A DNA stretch of 63,678 nucleotides, filler included, from Deltaproteobacteria bacterium (GTDB taxonomy: Bacteria > JACQOV01), in assembly GCA_016202395.1 (NCBI GenBank). It is 5 parts of 5 records of this genome, joined end to end, with 100 filler letters (N's around TTAATTAATTAA, not from the genome) between each part and the next. Parts side by side here need not be neighbours in the genome. Positions count along the whole stretch, not along the records: positions 1 to 10,245 come from JACQOV010000044.1; 4 more parts are not named here. One strand, 5' to 3'. Shown here piece by piece: positions 1 to 8,904 of the stretch (positions are counted from its first letter, which is position 1; every line of letters begins with the position of its first letter). The position numbers and the translations under genes are program-made. The notes below the pieces were generated by a model, which was not told the DNA's origin, did not search any database, and saw only the letters and a list, made by a program, of their open reading frames with translations.

Positions 1-214
1 CAAGATTTTTGGGGTACCCCTCTTGGCGAAGGGAGCGTGCCCAAAGGGCCGATTTCTGCCTGCCCGCAGCGGCTACGCCGCAGGCGTTGCAGGCGGGCTG
101 TTTGAGCCCCGCCATTGGCGGGGCGAGTTCAGAAATCGAGCGACCGAGCCTTAGAGGGGTCAAAAATCTTGCGAGTAAAGCAAGAGAAAACATTCCCATG
201 AATTTTTCCCACCG
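1..214 (+). repeat. Palindromic element family A, copy A1 (left end cut by contig start; nested hairpin insert at ~60-97)
   Basis: CAAGATTTTTG...CAAAAATCTTG and GATTTCTG...CAGAAATC stems; near-identical to copies at 38683, 45438, 63578; ends in GAATTTTTCCCACC. Confidence 0.9.
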
Positions 215-277
215 ATCTTACAAACTAGGGATTCGAGATTGTTGACAATACAAGGGAAGGTTGGTATCGCAGGGGTG

Positions 278-754
278 ATGAGGCATCCAACACAGCCCCG
301 TGCGATCGGTCAAATCCTCTCCGATAGTCTTCGCAAAGCAAATCTGGGAAGGGTTGTCCGAGAGGGCCAACTCCTTAAAGATTGGCCCCAGATCGTGGGG
401 CCTGCGGTTGCTCAAAAGGCTCATCCCACCTCTCTCAAAGGAAAGGTTCTGACGGTGGAGGTCCAGGATGCAGCATGGCGCCATCAACTCTCTCTGATGA
501 AACTTCGACTCCAAGAGCAAATTAATAAAGCCATGGGGGAAGAGGTCGTTAAAGACCTGTTTTTTATTTACGGATCGCTAAAATTAGAATCTAGGGAAAA
601 AAGCCTCTCTCCAAAACTCCGCCCCCTCACGAAATCTCAAAAAGAGTCCATTGCAAAACTTGTTGAAGAGGCCTCGGACCCTGAGTTAAAGGAAATTTTG
701 AGTTCAACCCTAGAGAAATCTTTTCGTACTACGCAACGGATTCGGTTGGAATAA
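278..754 (+). CDS. DUF721 / DciA-family protein
   Basis: W-x-x-IVG...AHP...GKVLTVEV...AWRHQL pattern typical of DUF721; start uncertain (ORF open from 239). Confidence 0.75.
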   Translation: MRHPTQPRAIGQILSDSLRKANLGRVVREGQLLKDWPQIVGPAVAQKAHPTSLKGKVLTVEVQDAAWRHQLSLMKLRLQEQINKAMGEEVVKDLFFIYGSLKLESREKSLSPKLRPLTKSQKESIAKLVEEASDPELKEILSSTLEKSFRTTQRIRLE

Positions 755-2018
755 TCGGGTTGATAATTAAGCCGGAAAGAGGCTTGGGATAGAAGTAGGT
801 TGATTTTTGAGGCATGACCTGCCGTTCTAAAGCGACGGCTTGGATCTGCGAAACGGTGGGAGGTTGCATTAGAAATGCCGCGACCCCCTCTTTATTTCGG
901 ATCTTCTCCGTCACTTTTTCCTCCCCTTTCACGTATTCGAGATAACGCTGCTGCGCGATGTCGTCGGGAGTCATTCCCAAAACCTCTTTGAATAGAAAAA
1001 ATTCTAATTGAACCAAATCCAACGATTGAAGCGATTTCGGGATCTCCTTCCAGCGAGGATGAGAATTGGCCTTGATAAAGTTCAATTGAAGGAGGTGACC
1101 TTGGGTGTCGTTGGAAGTCATGAATCGAATCCCTTCAGCGGCCTTGGAATGCTCTTGGGGAAAAGGCTTCACCTCAAACCAATTTTCAGCCTTTTTCAGA
1201 AATTCTTTCGCATCCCATGAAGGAACTTTTTTAAGCAATCGGTGTGTGGGAAGCAAAGTAATTCCCGGGCTCTCCATCGCGGTTAAAAACATCAAAATAT
1301 ACTGATGCAATCCTCTCCCATTAGGAGAGACTCTCTCCCCGCTCGATTCGATGTGATCGCGATAACGGAGCGCGGTTTCGTAGCGATGATGCCCATCGGC
1401 TACAAAGAGATCTTTGGCCTCCAGTTGACGACGCAATCGATCCACCCGCTGGGGATCTGAAGTTTTCCAGACTCGATGACGAACATTCTCTCCGTGATCC
1501 ACAAAATCCACCAACGGCCGATCGGATAGGAATTGAACAAGCCCCTTCTCCATCTCGTGATCTGGATCGGAATAGATCGAATAGATCGGACAAAGGTTGG
1601 CGCGGCAATGGAGCATGAGCTGAAAACGATCCTCTTTAGGTTTAGAGAGGGTCTTTTCGTGAGGATAAATTCCCTCCCCCCAGGGCTTCAGCCGAACTAG
1701 ACCCAAAAATCCGATGAGCGATTTCTCTTTTCCTTCAAATCGATAGTCCTGACGATAAAGGAAAAAACTCGGCTCCAACTCTCTCTGAAGGATCCCTTCT
1801 TTTTCCCAATGTTTCTTGGTTCGAGAGGCAATGGGGTGCCAACTTTTCTCCCCCTCGGGGAGACCCAAGATTAGCCGCACCACATTGAAAGGGGATTTCT
1901 GATAAAGGGCCCTTTGTTGCTCTGAACTGATGACATCGTAGGGAGGGGCCACCACGTCATCGATTCGAACCTTGTTTAAGTTATATCGGAGAGGGCGAAA
2001 CGGAACCACCTCAGTCAT
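729..2018 (-). CDS. DUF1015 family protein
   Basis: PFRPLRY, APPYDVIS, PHEKT, ADGHHRYETA, MPQKSTYFYPK motifs; ATG at 2018 overlapping the tsaC stop. Confidence 0.85.
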   Translation of the reverse strand: MTEVVPFRPLRYNLNKVRIDDVVAPPYDVISSEQQRALYQKSPFNVVRLILGLPEGEKSWHPIASRTKKHWEKEGILQRELEPSFFLYRQDYRFEGKEKSLIGFLGLVRLKPWGEGIYPHEKTLSKPKEDRFQLMLHCRANLCPIYSIYSDPDHEMEKGLVQFLSDRPLVDFVDHGENVRHRVWKTSDPQRVDRLRRQLEAKDLFVADGHHRYETALRYRDHIESSGERVSPNGRGLHQYILMFLTAMESPGITLLPTHRLLKKVPSWDAKEFLKKAENWFEVKPFPQEHSKAAEGIRFMTSNDTQGHLLQLNFIKANSHPRWKEIPKSLQSLDLVQLEFFLFKEVLGMTPDDIAQQRYLEYVKGEEKVTEKIRNKEGVAAFLMQPPTVSQIQAVALERQVMPQKSTYFYPKPLSGLIINPIIPTESVA

Positions 2019-2640
2019 TTTCCCAACCTTTTTCCGACTGTAGCAGCTTACTAATCGCATTCTTTCCAACCCGCCCCTCACGAAGGATCGACCAGGCCCC
2101 CCCCTCCACCAAAACTAGGGTCGAACTCGCTCCCCCTTTTAGCTCTCCCCCATCCACAACCCCTTCCAAACCCTCCTTAAAGTAATCATTCACCTGCTGA
2201 ACGCTAAGCGCTGAGGGCCTCCCCGAAATGTTGGCGCTTGTGGTTGTTATTGGCTGCCCCACCCCTTGAACGATCGCCTGCGCGATAGGATGGCTGGAGA
2301 CCCGCACGGCCACACGCCCTTCCTCCCCTGTAAGGTGCGCAGGAAGCCCCGGCTTGGCAGGTAAAACAAGGGTCAGGGGCCCGGGCCAAAAAGCCTCGAT
2401 CAGCTTCTGAGCCATCAGCGGCACCTCAACCACCAGCATCCGAAGCATCCCGGTATCGGCAACCAATACCGAAAGTGGTTTTTTCTGATCTCGCCCTTTC
2501 AGTTTAAAAACTTTTTGGACCGCCTTGTCATCGAAAGCGCTCACTCCCAAACCGTAGAAGGTTTCGGTCGGATAGGCGACAACCCCTCCTGATTTTAGGA
2601 TAGAGACCGCCTCGTTTGTGGTAAATTGCTTCAAGCTCAT
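2011..2640 (-). CDS. tsaC: L-threonylcarbamoyladenylate synthase (YrdC/Sua5 family)
   Basis: VAYPTETFYGL, KGR...KP, FWPGPLT, TTSANISG. Confidence 0.92.
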   Translation of the reverse strand: MSLKQFTTNEAVSILKSGGVVAYPTETFYGLGVSAFDDKAVQKVFKLKGRDQKKPLSVLVADTGMLRMLVVEVPLMAQKLIEAFWPGPLTLVLPAKPGLPAHLTGEEGRVAVRVSSHPIAQAIVQGVGQPITTTSANISGRPSALSVQQVNDYFKEGLEGVVDGGELKGGASSTLVLVEGGAWSILREGRVGKNAISKLLQSEKGWEND

Positions 2641-3152
2641 GATCCCTTCCTTATTTCTGGCCTTTTCCTAGCCTCCTTTAAGGTGCTATCGGAACGTTCC
2701 ACTTTTTTCGCTAATCCCTTTCGATACTCGCGAAGCTTTCGCGCCAACGCTTTATCGTTCAAAGCAAGAATCTCTACCGCAAGAATCGCCGCGTTGACGG
2801 CGCCGGCCTTTCCAATGGCGACCGTTGCCACAGGGACTCCCGAGGGCATCTGAACGGTCGACAGCAAGGAATCAAGCCCCTTCAAGCTCGAAGAGTCGAT
2901 CGGAACGCCAATAACAGGAATGACCGTGTGGGCCGCAACCACTCCCGCCAGATGGGCCGCTCCTCCGGCTCCTACAATAACAGCCCGTATCCCTTTCCGC
3001 TCGACCGAGCGGACAAATTGAAGAGTGCGAGCGGGAGATCGATGAGCTGAGGTTACCATGACTTCATAGAAAACACCAAATTCGTCTAGAACCTGGGTCG
3101 ATTCTGCCATGACTTCATAATCGGATGCGGAACCCATAACGATGGCTATCAT
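2637..3152 (-). CDS. purE: N5-CAIR mutase
   Basis: MGSASD, SAHRSP, GAGGAAHL, VQMPSGVPVATV. Confidence 0.96.
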   Translation of the reverse strand: MIAIVMGSASDYEVMAESTQVLDEFGVFYEVMVTSAHRSPARTLQFVRSVERKGIRAVIVGAGGAAHLAGVVAAHTVIPVIGVPIDSSSLKGLDSLLSTVQMPSGVPVATVAIGKAGAVNAAILAVEILALNDKALARKLREYRKGLAKKVERSDSTLKEARKRPEIRKGS

Positions 3153-3163
3153 CAAAAAACCTC

Positions 3164-4441
3164 CTAAGCAGCCTTACGAACGGCTCGATGTCCAATGTCT
3201 TTACGATAATGCATTCCTTCCCATCGAATCTTTCCAACGGCCTCATAAGCTCGTTCCACCGCTTTGGGGAATGTTTCTCCCAAAGCCGTCACCCCTAAAA
3301 CGCGCCCCCCTTTTGTCACAACCTGATCTCCTTTACGTTCCGTCCCTGCATGAAAGACCATCACGTCCTTGAACGCTTTTAGAGAATCTAGTCCTTGGAT
3401 AATATCTCCACTGCGAACACTCCCAGGATAACCTGAGGCGGTAAGAACCACACAAACTGCCGCTCGAGAATCCCATTGCGATTCGATGCATGCCAACCTC
3501 TGATCTACGACAGCCTCCAAGGTTAAAAGCAGGTCTCCCGTATAACGAGCCAACAGAGGTTGTGCCTCAGGGTCGCCGAATCGGACGTTAAATTCTAAAA
3601 CGGTGGGCCTCCCTCCGCAAACCATGAGACCGGCATAGAGCACTCCACGATATGCAATCCCTCTTTTCCTTAAAGCGCGAACCACGGGACGCAGAACGGT
3701 GTCGACGATCTCCGACTCCAGCTCACCTCCAAAGTGAGTCACTGGCGAATAAGCTCCCATTCCTCCGGTGTTGGGTCCTCGATCTCCATCCTGAAGAGCT
3801 TTATGGTCTTGACACAACGCCAGCGGGAACACCGTGTTCCCATCCACAAGAGCCATCATGGAAAGCTCTTCCCCCTGAAGACACTCTTCAATGATAATCG
3901 TTTTTCCCGCATCGCCAAAAATCTCTTCTTTCATGGCCTCCACAATCGCCTTCTCTGCCTCTTCTCGAGTCTGGGCCACCGTAACCCCTTTGCCTGCCGC
4001 CAAGCCATCGGCTTTGATAACGCAAGGAGCCCCTTTAAGATCCAGATAACGTAGCGCCTGTTTCATATCGTTGAAGACAACAAAAGGGGCGGTCGGAATC
4101 CGGCTCTCTTGCATCAATCGTTTGGCAAAGGCTTTGCTCCCTTCTAATTGCGCTGCTTGGCTATTCACGCCAAAAATCTTGAGTCCCGCTTTCTCGAATC
4201 GATCCACAATTCCTAAGGTCAAAGGGAGCTCAGGCCCCACGACCGTGAGATCGACCTTCTCCGACTTTGCGAATTGAAGCAGGTGTGAGACTTTATCGGG
4301 AGGAATATCCACCGTCTGCGCAGTCTCTCCGATTCCAGCGTTGCCTGGAGCGCAATAGAGACGATCGACCCCAGAGCTCTGGCTGAGCTTCCAAACGAGG
4401 GCGTGTTCGCGTCCACCACTGCCAATAACTAAAACTCGCAT
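3164..4441 (-). CDS. purD: Phosphoribosylamine-glycine ligase
   Basis: MRVLVIGSGGREHAL, KADGLAAGKGV, GPNTGGMGAY, EFNVRFGDPE; ATG 4441 rather than the ORF-track extension. Confidence 0.96.
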   Translation of the reverse strand: MRVLVIGSGGREHALVWKLSQSSGVDRLYCAPGNAGIGETAQTVDIPPDKVSHLLQFAKSEKVDLTVVGPELPLTLGIVDRFEKAGLKIFGVNSQAAQLEGSKAFAKRLMQESRIPTAPFVVFNDMKQALRYLDLKGAPCVIKADGLAAGKGVTVAQTREEAEKAIVEAMKEEIFGDAGKTIIIEECLQGEELSMMALVDGNTVFPLALCQDHKALQDGDRGPNTGGMGAYSPVTHFGGELESEIVDTVLRPVVRALRKRGIAYRGVLYAGLMVCGGRPTVLEFNVRFGDPEAQPLLARYTGDLLLTLEAVVDQRLACIESQWDSRAAVCVVLTASGYPGSVRSGDIIQGLDSLKAFKDVMVFHAGTERKGDQVVTKGGRVLGVTALGETFPKAVERAYEAVGKIRWEGMHYRKDIGHRAVRKAA

Positions 4442-4469
4442 AATTAATTCTTTATTTATTGCGTTTGCA

Positions 4470-6026
4470 TTAGTGTCTAAAATGGCGAATCCCCGTAAAC
4501 ACCATCGCCATCCCACGTTCATTAGCCGCAGCAATCACCTCTTCATCCCGAACCGATCCTCCCGGCTGGATGATTGCAGTAGCCCCTGTTGAGGCAATGA
4601 GATCGACCCCATCACGAAACGGGAAGAAGGCATCGGAGGCAACAGCAGCGCCTTTAAGTTTATCTCCTCCTTTGAATCCTGCAATCCGAACAGAATCGAC
4701 ACGGCTCATCTGTCCTGCTCCAACGGCAACGATCCGATCCTCCGAAGCAAACACAATGGCATTCGACCGAACATGTTTGCAAACCTTCCACGCGAAACGG
4801 AGCCGCTTAAGCTCCTCCGGGGTCGCAGAGCGCTTCGTAACTATCTTATCCCCTCCGTCGCCTAACAGTAAATCATCGGGTGTTTGAACCAAAAATCCTC
4901 CTTGAACCGCGCGACATTCTAACGAAGTCCCTCTCTTTTCGGAGAGTCCGGCAAGTTCCAACACCCGGAGTCCCTTTTTCGCGCTCAAGACCTTCAAGGC
5001 CTCACTCTCATAGGTTGGAGCTAGCAAAACCTCCACAAAATTCTGGCTCAGTTTTTGAGCGGCTCCCAAAGAGATCGGTCGGTTGCAAGCGATTACCCCT
5101 CCAAAAGCGCTCATAGGATCACACTCCCAGGCCTTCGAGAAGGCCTCTTCGATCCCACGATCATCGACAGCGACACCGCAAGGATTCCCATGTTTCACAA
5201 TGACAACGGCAGGCTCTTGAAACTCCCGCACCAAACCTAAAGCGCCATTCGTATCTAAAATATTGTTGTAGGAGAGCTCCTTCCCCTGATGCTGAATGGC
5301 ATCACAGAGCGAAAGTTCCCCGTCCGAGGCGTTACGATAGAAGGCCGCCTTCTGATGAGGGTTTTCTCCATAGCGAAGATCTTGAACTTTTTGCAAAGAA
5401 AGATGGAGCTCCTTTGGAAACAGGGTCTCTTTCTCCTCTTTTCCTGAAAGATACCGACTGATATAGGCATCGTACCGAGCGGTGTGAGCAAAGGCCTTTG
5501 CCGCTAAACGGGCTCTCTGATCTCGCGAAAGACTCACCTCCCCCTTCTTAAACTCCTCCATCACCCATTCGTAATCTTGAGGATCGACGAGGATCACCAC
5601 GTCCTCAAAATTCTTTGAGGCAGCCCGAATTAAGGTGGGACCTCCAATGTCGATATTTTCTAAAGCCTCTTCTAGAGAGCAAGCAGGGTTGGCGGTCACT
5701 TTTTCGAAGGGATAGAGATTGACGACCACTAAATCGATCGGTTCAATCCCATGTTCCTTCATCTGATCCACATGGCTCGGCTTCGATCGTCGTCCTAGAA
5801 TCCCTCCATGAACTCGCGGGTGAAGAGTCTTCACTCTCCCTTCCAAGATCTCAGGGAAACCTGTAAAATCGCTGATCTCTTTGACAGGGATCGCTTCTTG
5901 TTGAAGCAGACGGGCCGTCCCTCCGGTGGAGACAATCTCCACATGGAGACCTTTAAGTCCCCTTGCAAAGCGGACAATCCCTTCCTTCTCGTAGACACTA
6001 ATGAGCGCTCTTTTAATGCGTGACAT
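4470..6026 (-). CDS. purH: Bifunctional AICAR transformylase / IMP cyclohydrolase
   Basis: RALISV, GRVKTLHP, NIDIGGP, LRYGENPHQ, ASDAFFPF, TGIRHFRH. Confidence 0.97.
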   Translation of the reverse strand: MSRIKRALISVYEKEGIVRFARGLKGLHVEIVSTGGTARLLQQEAIPVKEISDFTGFPEILEGRVKTLHPRVHGGILGRRSKPSHVDQMKEHGIEPIDLVVVNLYPFEKVTANPACSLEEALENIDIGGPTLIRAASKNFEDVVILVDPQDYEWVMEEFKKGEVSLSRDQRARLAAKAFAHTARYDAYISRYLSGKEEKETLFPKELHLSLQKVQDLRYGENPHQKAAFYRNASDGELSLCDAIQHQGKELSYNNILDTNGALGLVREFQEPAVVIVKHGNPCGVAVDDRGIEEAFSKAWECDPMSAFGGVIACNRPISLGAAQKLSQNFVEVLLAPTYESEALKVLSAKKGLRVLELAGLSEKRGTSLECRAVQGGFLVQTPDDLLLGDGGDKIVTKRSATPEELKRLRFAWKVCKHVRSNAIVFASEDRIVAVGAGQMSRVDSVRIAGFKGGDKLKGAAVASDAFFPFRDGVDLIASTGATAIIQPGGSVRDEEVIAAANERGMAMVFTGIRHFRH

Positions 6027-6034
6027 AATTTAGA

Positions 6035-7384
6035 TTACCGTGCCGAGGCCCCCGTTGCCACAAGCCCCAGAAGTGACTTAATATCATCATCCTGAACCCG
6101 GATTCCCCCCCCAAAAAAGAGGATGGGATTATCGTCATGGTCCAAGAGATCTTCCCCCCCCGCGGTGAGATAAAGATAACGGACTGGAAGAAAATCGGCA
6201 AACGCCCGAAGATTTGGATTGGGGTCTCTGCCAAAATCAAACGCCTCGAGCGACAAACTCAAATGGTCTCGGAATAACGCATAATCGATCCCCATTCCCC
6301 CCTCGGATTGAAGAATACCGAATCGAAATGTAAGGCCATAGAACCGTTTTCCAAAAAGAAGATTGAACGAGAGCCCTTCATCGGAAAGGGTTGTCGTTTC
6401 CGTCCGAGTCGTCACGCCACCGGTCGTTGTAAGGACCGTCTCTTTTTCACTCGTCCCCCCTGGAGCGCTCACCAGTCCAATCTCATAGAACTTATCATCT
6501 CGAGGTTGCAACCGGAGAGAAAAGGCGCTCTTGACCTCTCCGGGATCGACCTGAAACTCTCCACGGTATCCCAGAAAAACCCTCAACCGGCGAGTGGTCC
6601 CGACCAAGGCATTCACATTTTCCATCGTTTGACTAATATTATCCGCCATCTTCGGATCGTTGACCAACTGCCCCAGCGTCCCTTCCCCCTCGTCAATCTT
6701 CTGGGTAATGTTGGCCAAAGAGGTCATCGAGGCTTCTAGTCGCCGCGCAGCTTCCTGAATATCGGCAAGGCTCTGATCGAGCCCCTCGCGATTCTCACCA
6801 ATCAACCCGCTCACATTCTCTGTCACCGATTCAAGATTCTTTAAAACCTCCGGTAACGTTTCTCGGAACGACTCCCCCACCTCCTCGAAACTCGTTAGGA
6901 TCGAATCTAGACTTCCTTCTAATGCCTCGGTAATATTCCTAACGTTACGTGCCACCGCAGCCATCTCATTCATCAGCTCTCGCATCTCCACCTGCCCTTC
7001 GGTGGAGATGAATTTTTCATCCGGCTTGAACGGAGGAGAGCTCTTCGACCCCGTGATCACTTCGAGATAACGTTGACCGACCAACCCATGGACTCCAATC
7101 GAGATCGTGGAATCCTGGGGGATAGAAACCCCCGAGTCAATCCTCATGCGAACCCTGCCCTTTCCATCGATGAGATCCACCGCCTCTACCTCTCCAATAG
7201 GAACCCCTGCCATATAAATCTTAGTTTCTGGACTAATCCCCTGAGCCGAATCAAAAACAGCGTACAAAGAGTAGCCCCGTTGCCCCCATGTTCCCCAATC
7301 CCCCGTCCGGTAAATAGCAAAAAGGGTCAAGACCACCAAGACGGTGACAAACACACCCACTTTCGTTTCATAAGAAAAATTCAC
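6035..7384 (-). CDS. mlaD: MCE/MlaD family protein with helical stalk and C-terminal beta-rich domain
   Basis: N-terminal TM (ETKVGVFV), MCE domain (GVPIGEV, GLVGQRYLEV), GEGTLGQLVND, then alternating hydrophobic strands. Confidence 0.85.
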   Translation of the reverse strand: MNFSYETKVGVFVTVLVVLTLFAIYRTGDWGTWGQRGYSLYAVFDSAQGISPETKIYMAGVPIGEVEAVDLIDGKGRVRMRIDSGVSIPQDSTISIGVHGLVGQRYLEVITGSKSSPPFKPDEKFISTEGQVEMRELMNEMAAVARNVRNITEALEGSLDSILTSFEEVGESFRETLPEVLKNLESVTENVSGLIGENREGLDQSLADIQEAARRLEASMTSLANITQKIDEGEGTLGQLVNDPKMADNISQTMENVNALVGTTRRLRVFLGYRGEFQVDPGEVKSAFSLRLQPRDDKFYEIGLVSAPGGTSEKETVLTTTGGVTTRTETTTLSDEGLSFNLLFGKRFYGLTFRFGILQSEGGMGIDYALFRDHLSLSLEAFDFGRDPNPNLRAFADFLPVRYLYLTAGGEDLLDHDDNPILFFGGGIRVQDDDIKSLLGLVATGASAR

Positions 7385-7387
7385 GCT

Positions 7388-8137
7388 CTACTCCATGATC
7401 TGGATGGGACCCTCGGATCGCCCCTCCAAAAACTGTCGCACCAACGGGTCCTTCGACTGTTGGAACTCCGAAACAGTGCCATAGGCGGCGACAACCCCGT
7501 TGTGAAGCAACGCCAACCGATCCGCCATTTTAAAGATTTCATTGATGTTATGAGAGATTATGAAACTCGTCAAGCGATTCTCTCGATGTGTTTTAACAAT
7601 GAGGTTGGCGATAGCATCCGAGGTAATGGGATCCAGCCCTGTGGTTGGCTCATCGTAGAAAATATATTCGGGTGTTAAGGCGAGCGCGCGAGCCAAAGCC
7701 ACCCGTTTGCGCATCCCGCCACTGAGCTGATCTGGCATTTTCCAACCGATATTGGGCAACCCCACTTGACGGAGTAACGATTCCACCCTTTTGGGAATCT
7801 CGAAGCCTTTTAAACCTAAACGTTCTCGCATCGGAAAGGCAACGTTTTCAAAAAGGGTCATGGAATCGAATAATGCCCCTCCTTGAAAGAGGACCGCGAA
7901 CCTCCGGAGCATCGCGTTGAATTCAACCTCCGTCAGCGGGATCAGATCGATTCCGTCAACTAAAATCTCCCCTTGATCCGGCCTCAAAAGGCCTATCAGG
8001 TGTTTCAAAAGGACCGATTTTCCTCCGCCACTGACTCCCAAAACAACGGTAATCAATCCCTTTTCGATCTTGAGATTCACTCCATTCAAAACCGGCCGAT
8101 CTTCAAACGATTTAAACAAATTCTTAATCTCTATCAT
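7388..8137 (-). CDS. mlaF: ABC transporter ATPase, MlaF/Mkl family
   Basis: Walker A GVSGGGKS, LFQGGALFDS, LSGGMRKRVALARAL, YDEPTTGLDP. Confidence 0.92.
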   Translation of the reverse strand: MIEIKNLFKSFEDRPVLNGVNLKIEKGLITVVLGVSGGGKSVLLKHLIGLLRPDQGEILVDGIDLIPLTEVEFNAMLRRFAVLFQGGALFDSMTLFENVAFPMRERLGLKGFEIPKRVESLLRQVGLPNIGWKMPDQLSGGMRKRVALARALALTPEYIFYDEPTTGLDPITSDAIANLIVKTHRENRLTSFIISHNINEIFKMADRLALLHNGVVAAYGTVSEFQQSKDPLVRQFLEGRSEGPIQIME

Positions 8138-8139
8138 GA

Positions 8140-8904
8140 CTAAAACAGCCAATCGGTTAAAAAATAATCACTCACCAATATGGCGACAGAAGAATAGACG
8201 ACCGATTGGGTTGTTGCCCGCCCAATCCCTTCGGCCCCTCCTGTCACATAAAGGCCTTTATAGCAACTGATCAACGCCAAAACGAGACCAAAGACAGCCG
8301 CCTTGACCATCCCTTTCCAGACATCGGCGGCACTAACCATGCGAATGATCTGGTCAAAAAAGGTCTGAGAACTCACACCAATAATCTTTACCGCCACCAA
8401 GTAGCTTCCAAAGGATCCTAGAACATCAAAGAGAATGGCCAGAAGCGGGACCATCAGGAGACAGGCCAGCAAACGAGGAACCACAAGATACTGAATCGGG
8501 TTGACGGCCATCGTAAAGAGGGCATCGATCTGCTCACTCACCCGCATGGAACCCAGCTCCGCACACATGGCAGAGCCGGCCCTCCCCGTCACAAGGATGG
8601 CGGCAAGGACGGGACTTAGTTCCCGAGTGAGCGCTAAAACCATGCTCGCCCCCAAAAAATCCTCGCCCCCAAAGATGCGAAAACCGTAGTAACCCTGAAG
8701 GGTGAAGGCCATCCCTGTAAAGAGACTGGTCAATCCGATGATAAAAGTGGACTGAACTCCAACGAACTCCATCTGACGGATCAAAATATCAAGGCGGAAA
8801 GGAGGACGGAGGGCCCATTGAGCGGAACGGACAAGAAGCAGAAAAATCCCACCGACTTGATCGAAAACTCTTAAAGAGGCACGACCCACCACATTAAATA
8901 TCAT
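8140..8904 (-). CDS. mlaE: ABC permease MlaE
   Basis: RELSPVL, GRAGSAMCAELGSMRVSEQIDAL, GGAEGIGRATT. Confidence 0.93.
   Translation of the reverse strand: MIFNVVGRASLRVFDQVGGIFLLLVRSAQWALRPPFRLDILIRQMEFVGVQSTFIIGLTSLFTGMAFTLQGYYGFRIFGGEDFLGASMVLALTRELSPVLAAILVTGRAGSAMCAELGSMRVSEQIDALFTMAVNPIQYLVVPRLLACLLMVPLLAILFDVLGSFGSYLVAVKIIGVSSQTFFDQIIRMVSAADVWKGMVKAAVFGLVLALISCYKGLYVTGGAEGIGRATTQSVVYSSVAILVSDYFLTDWLF

Noticed and set aside
9-245. Small ORFs inside palindromic elements (also 34001-34195, 38693-38923, 39269-39460)
   Set aside because: Derived from repeat sequence with no independent coding evidence.
4454-4468. PurR box between purH and purD
   Set aside because: Only a half-site-like GCAAACG, not palindromic; better explained as a family E terminus also found after trpE.
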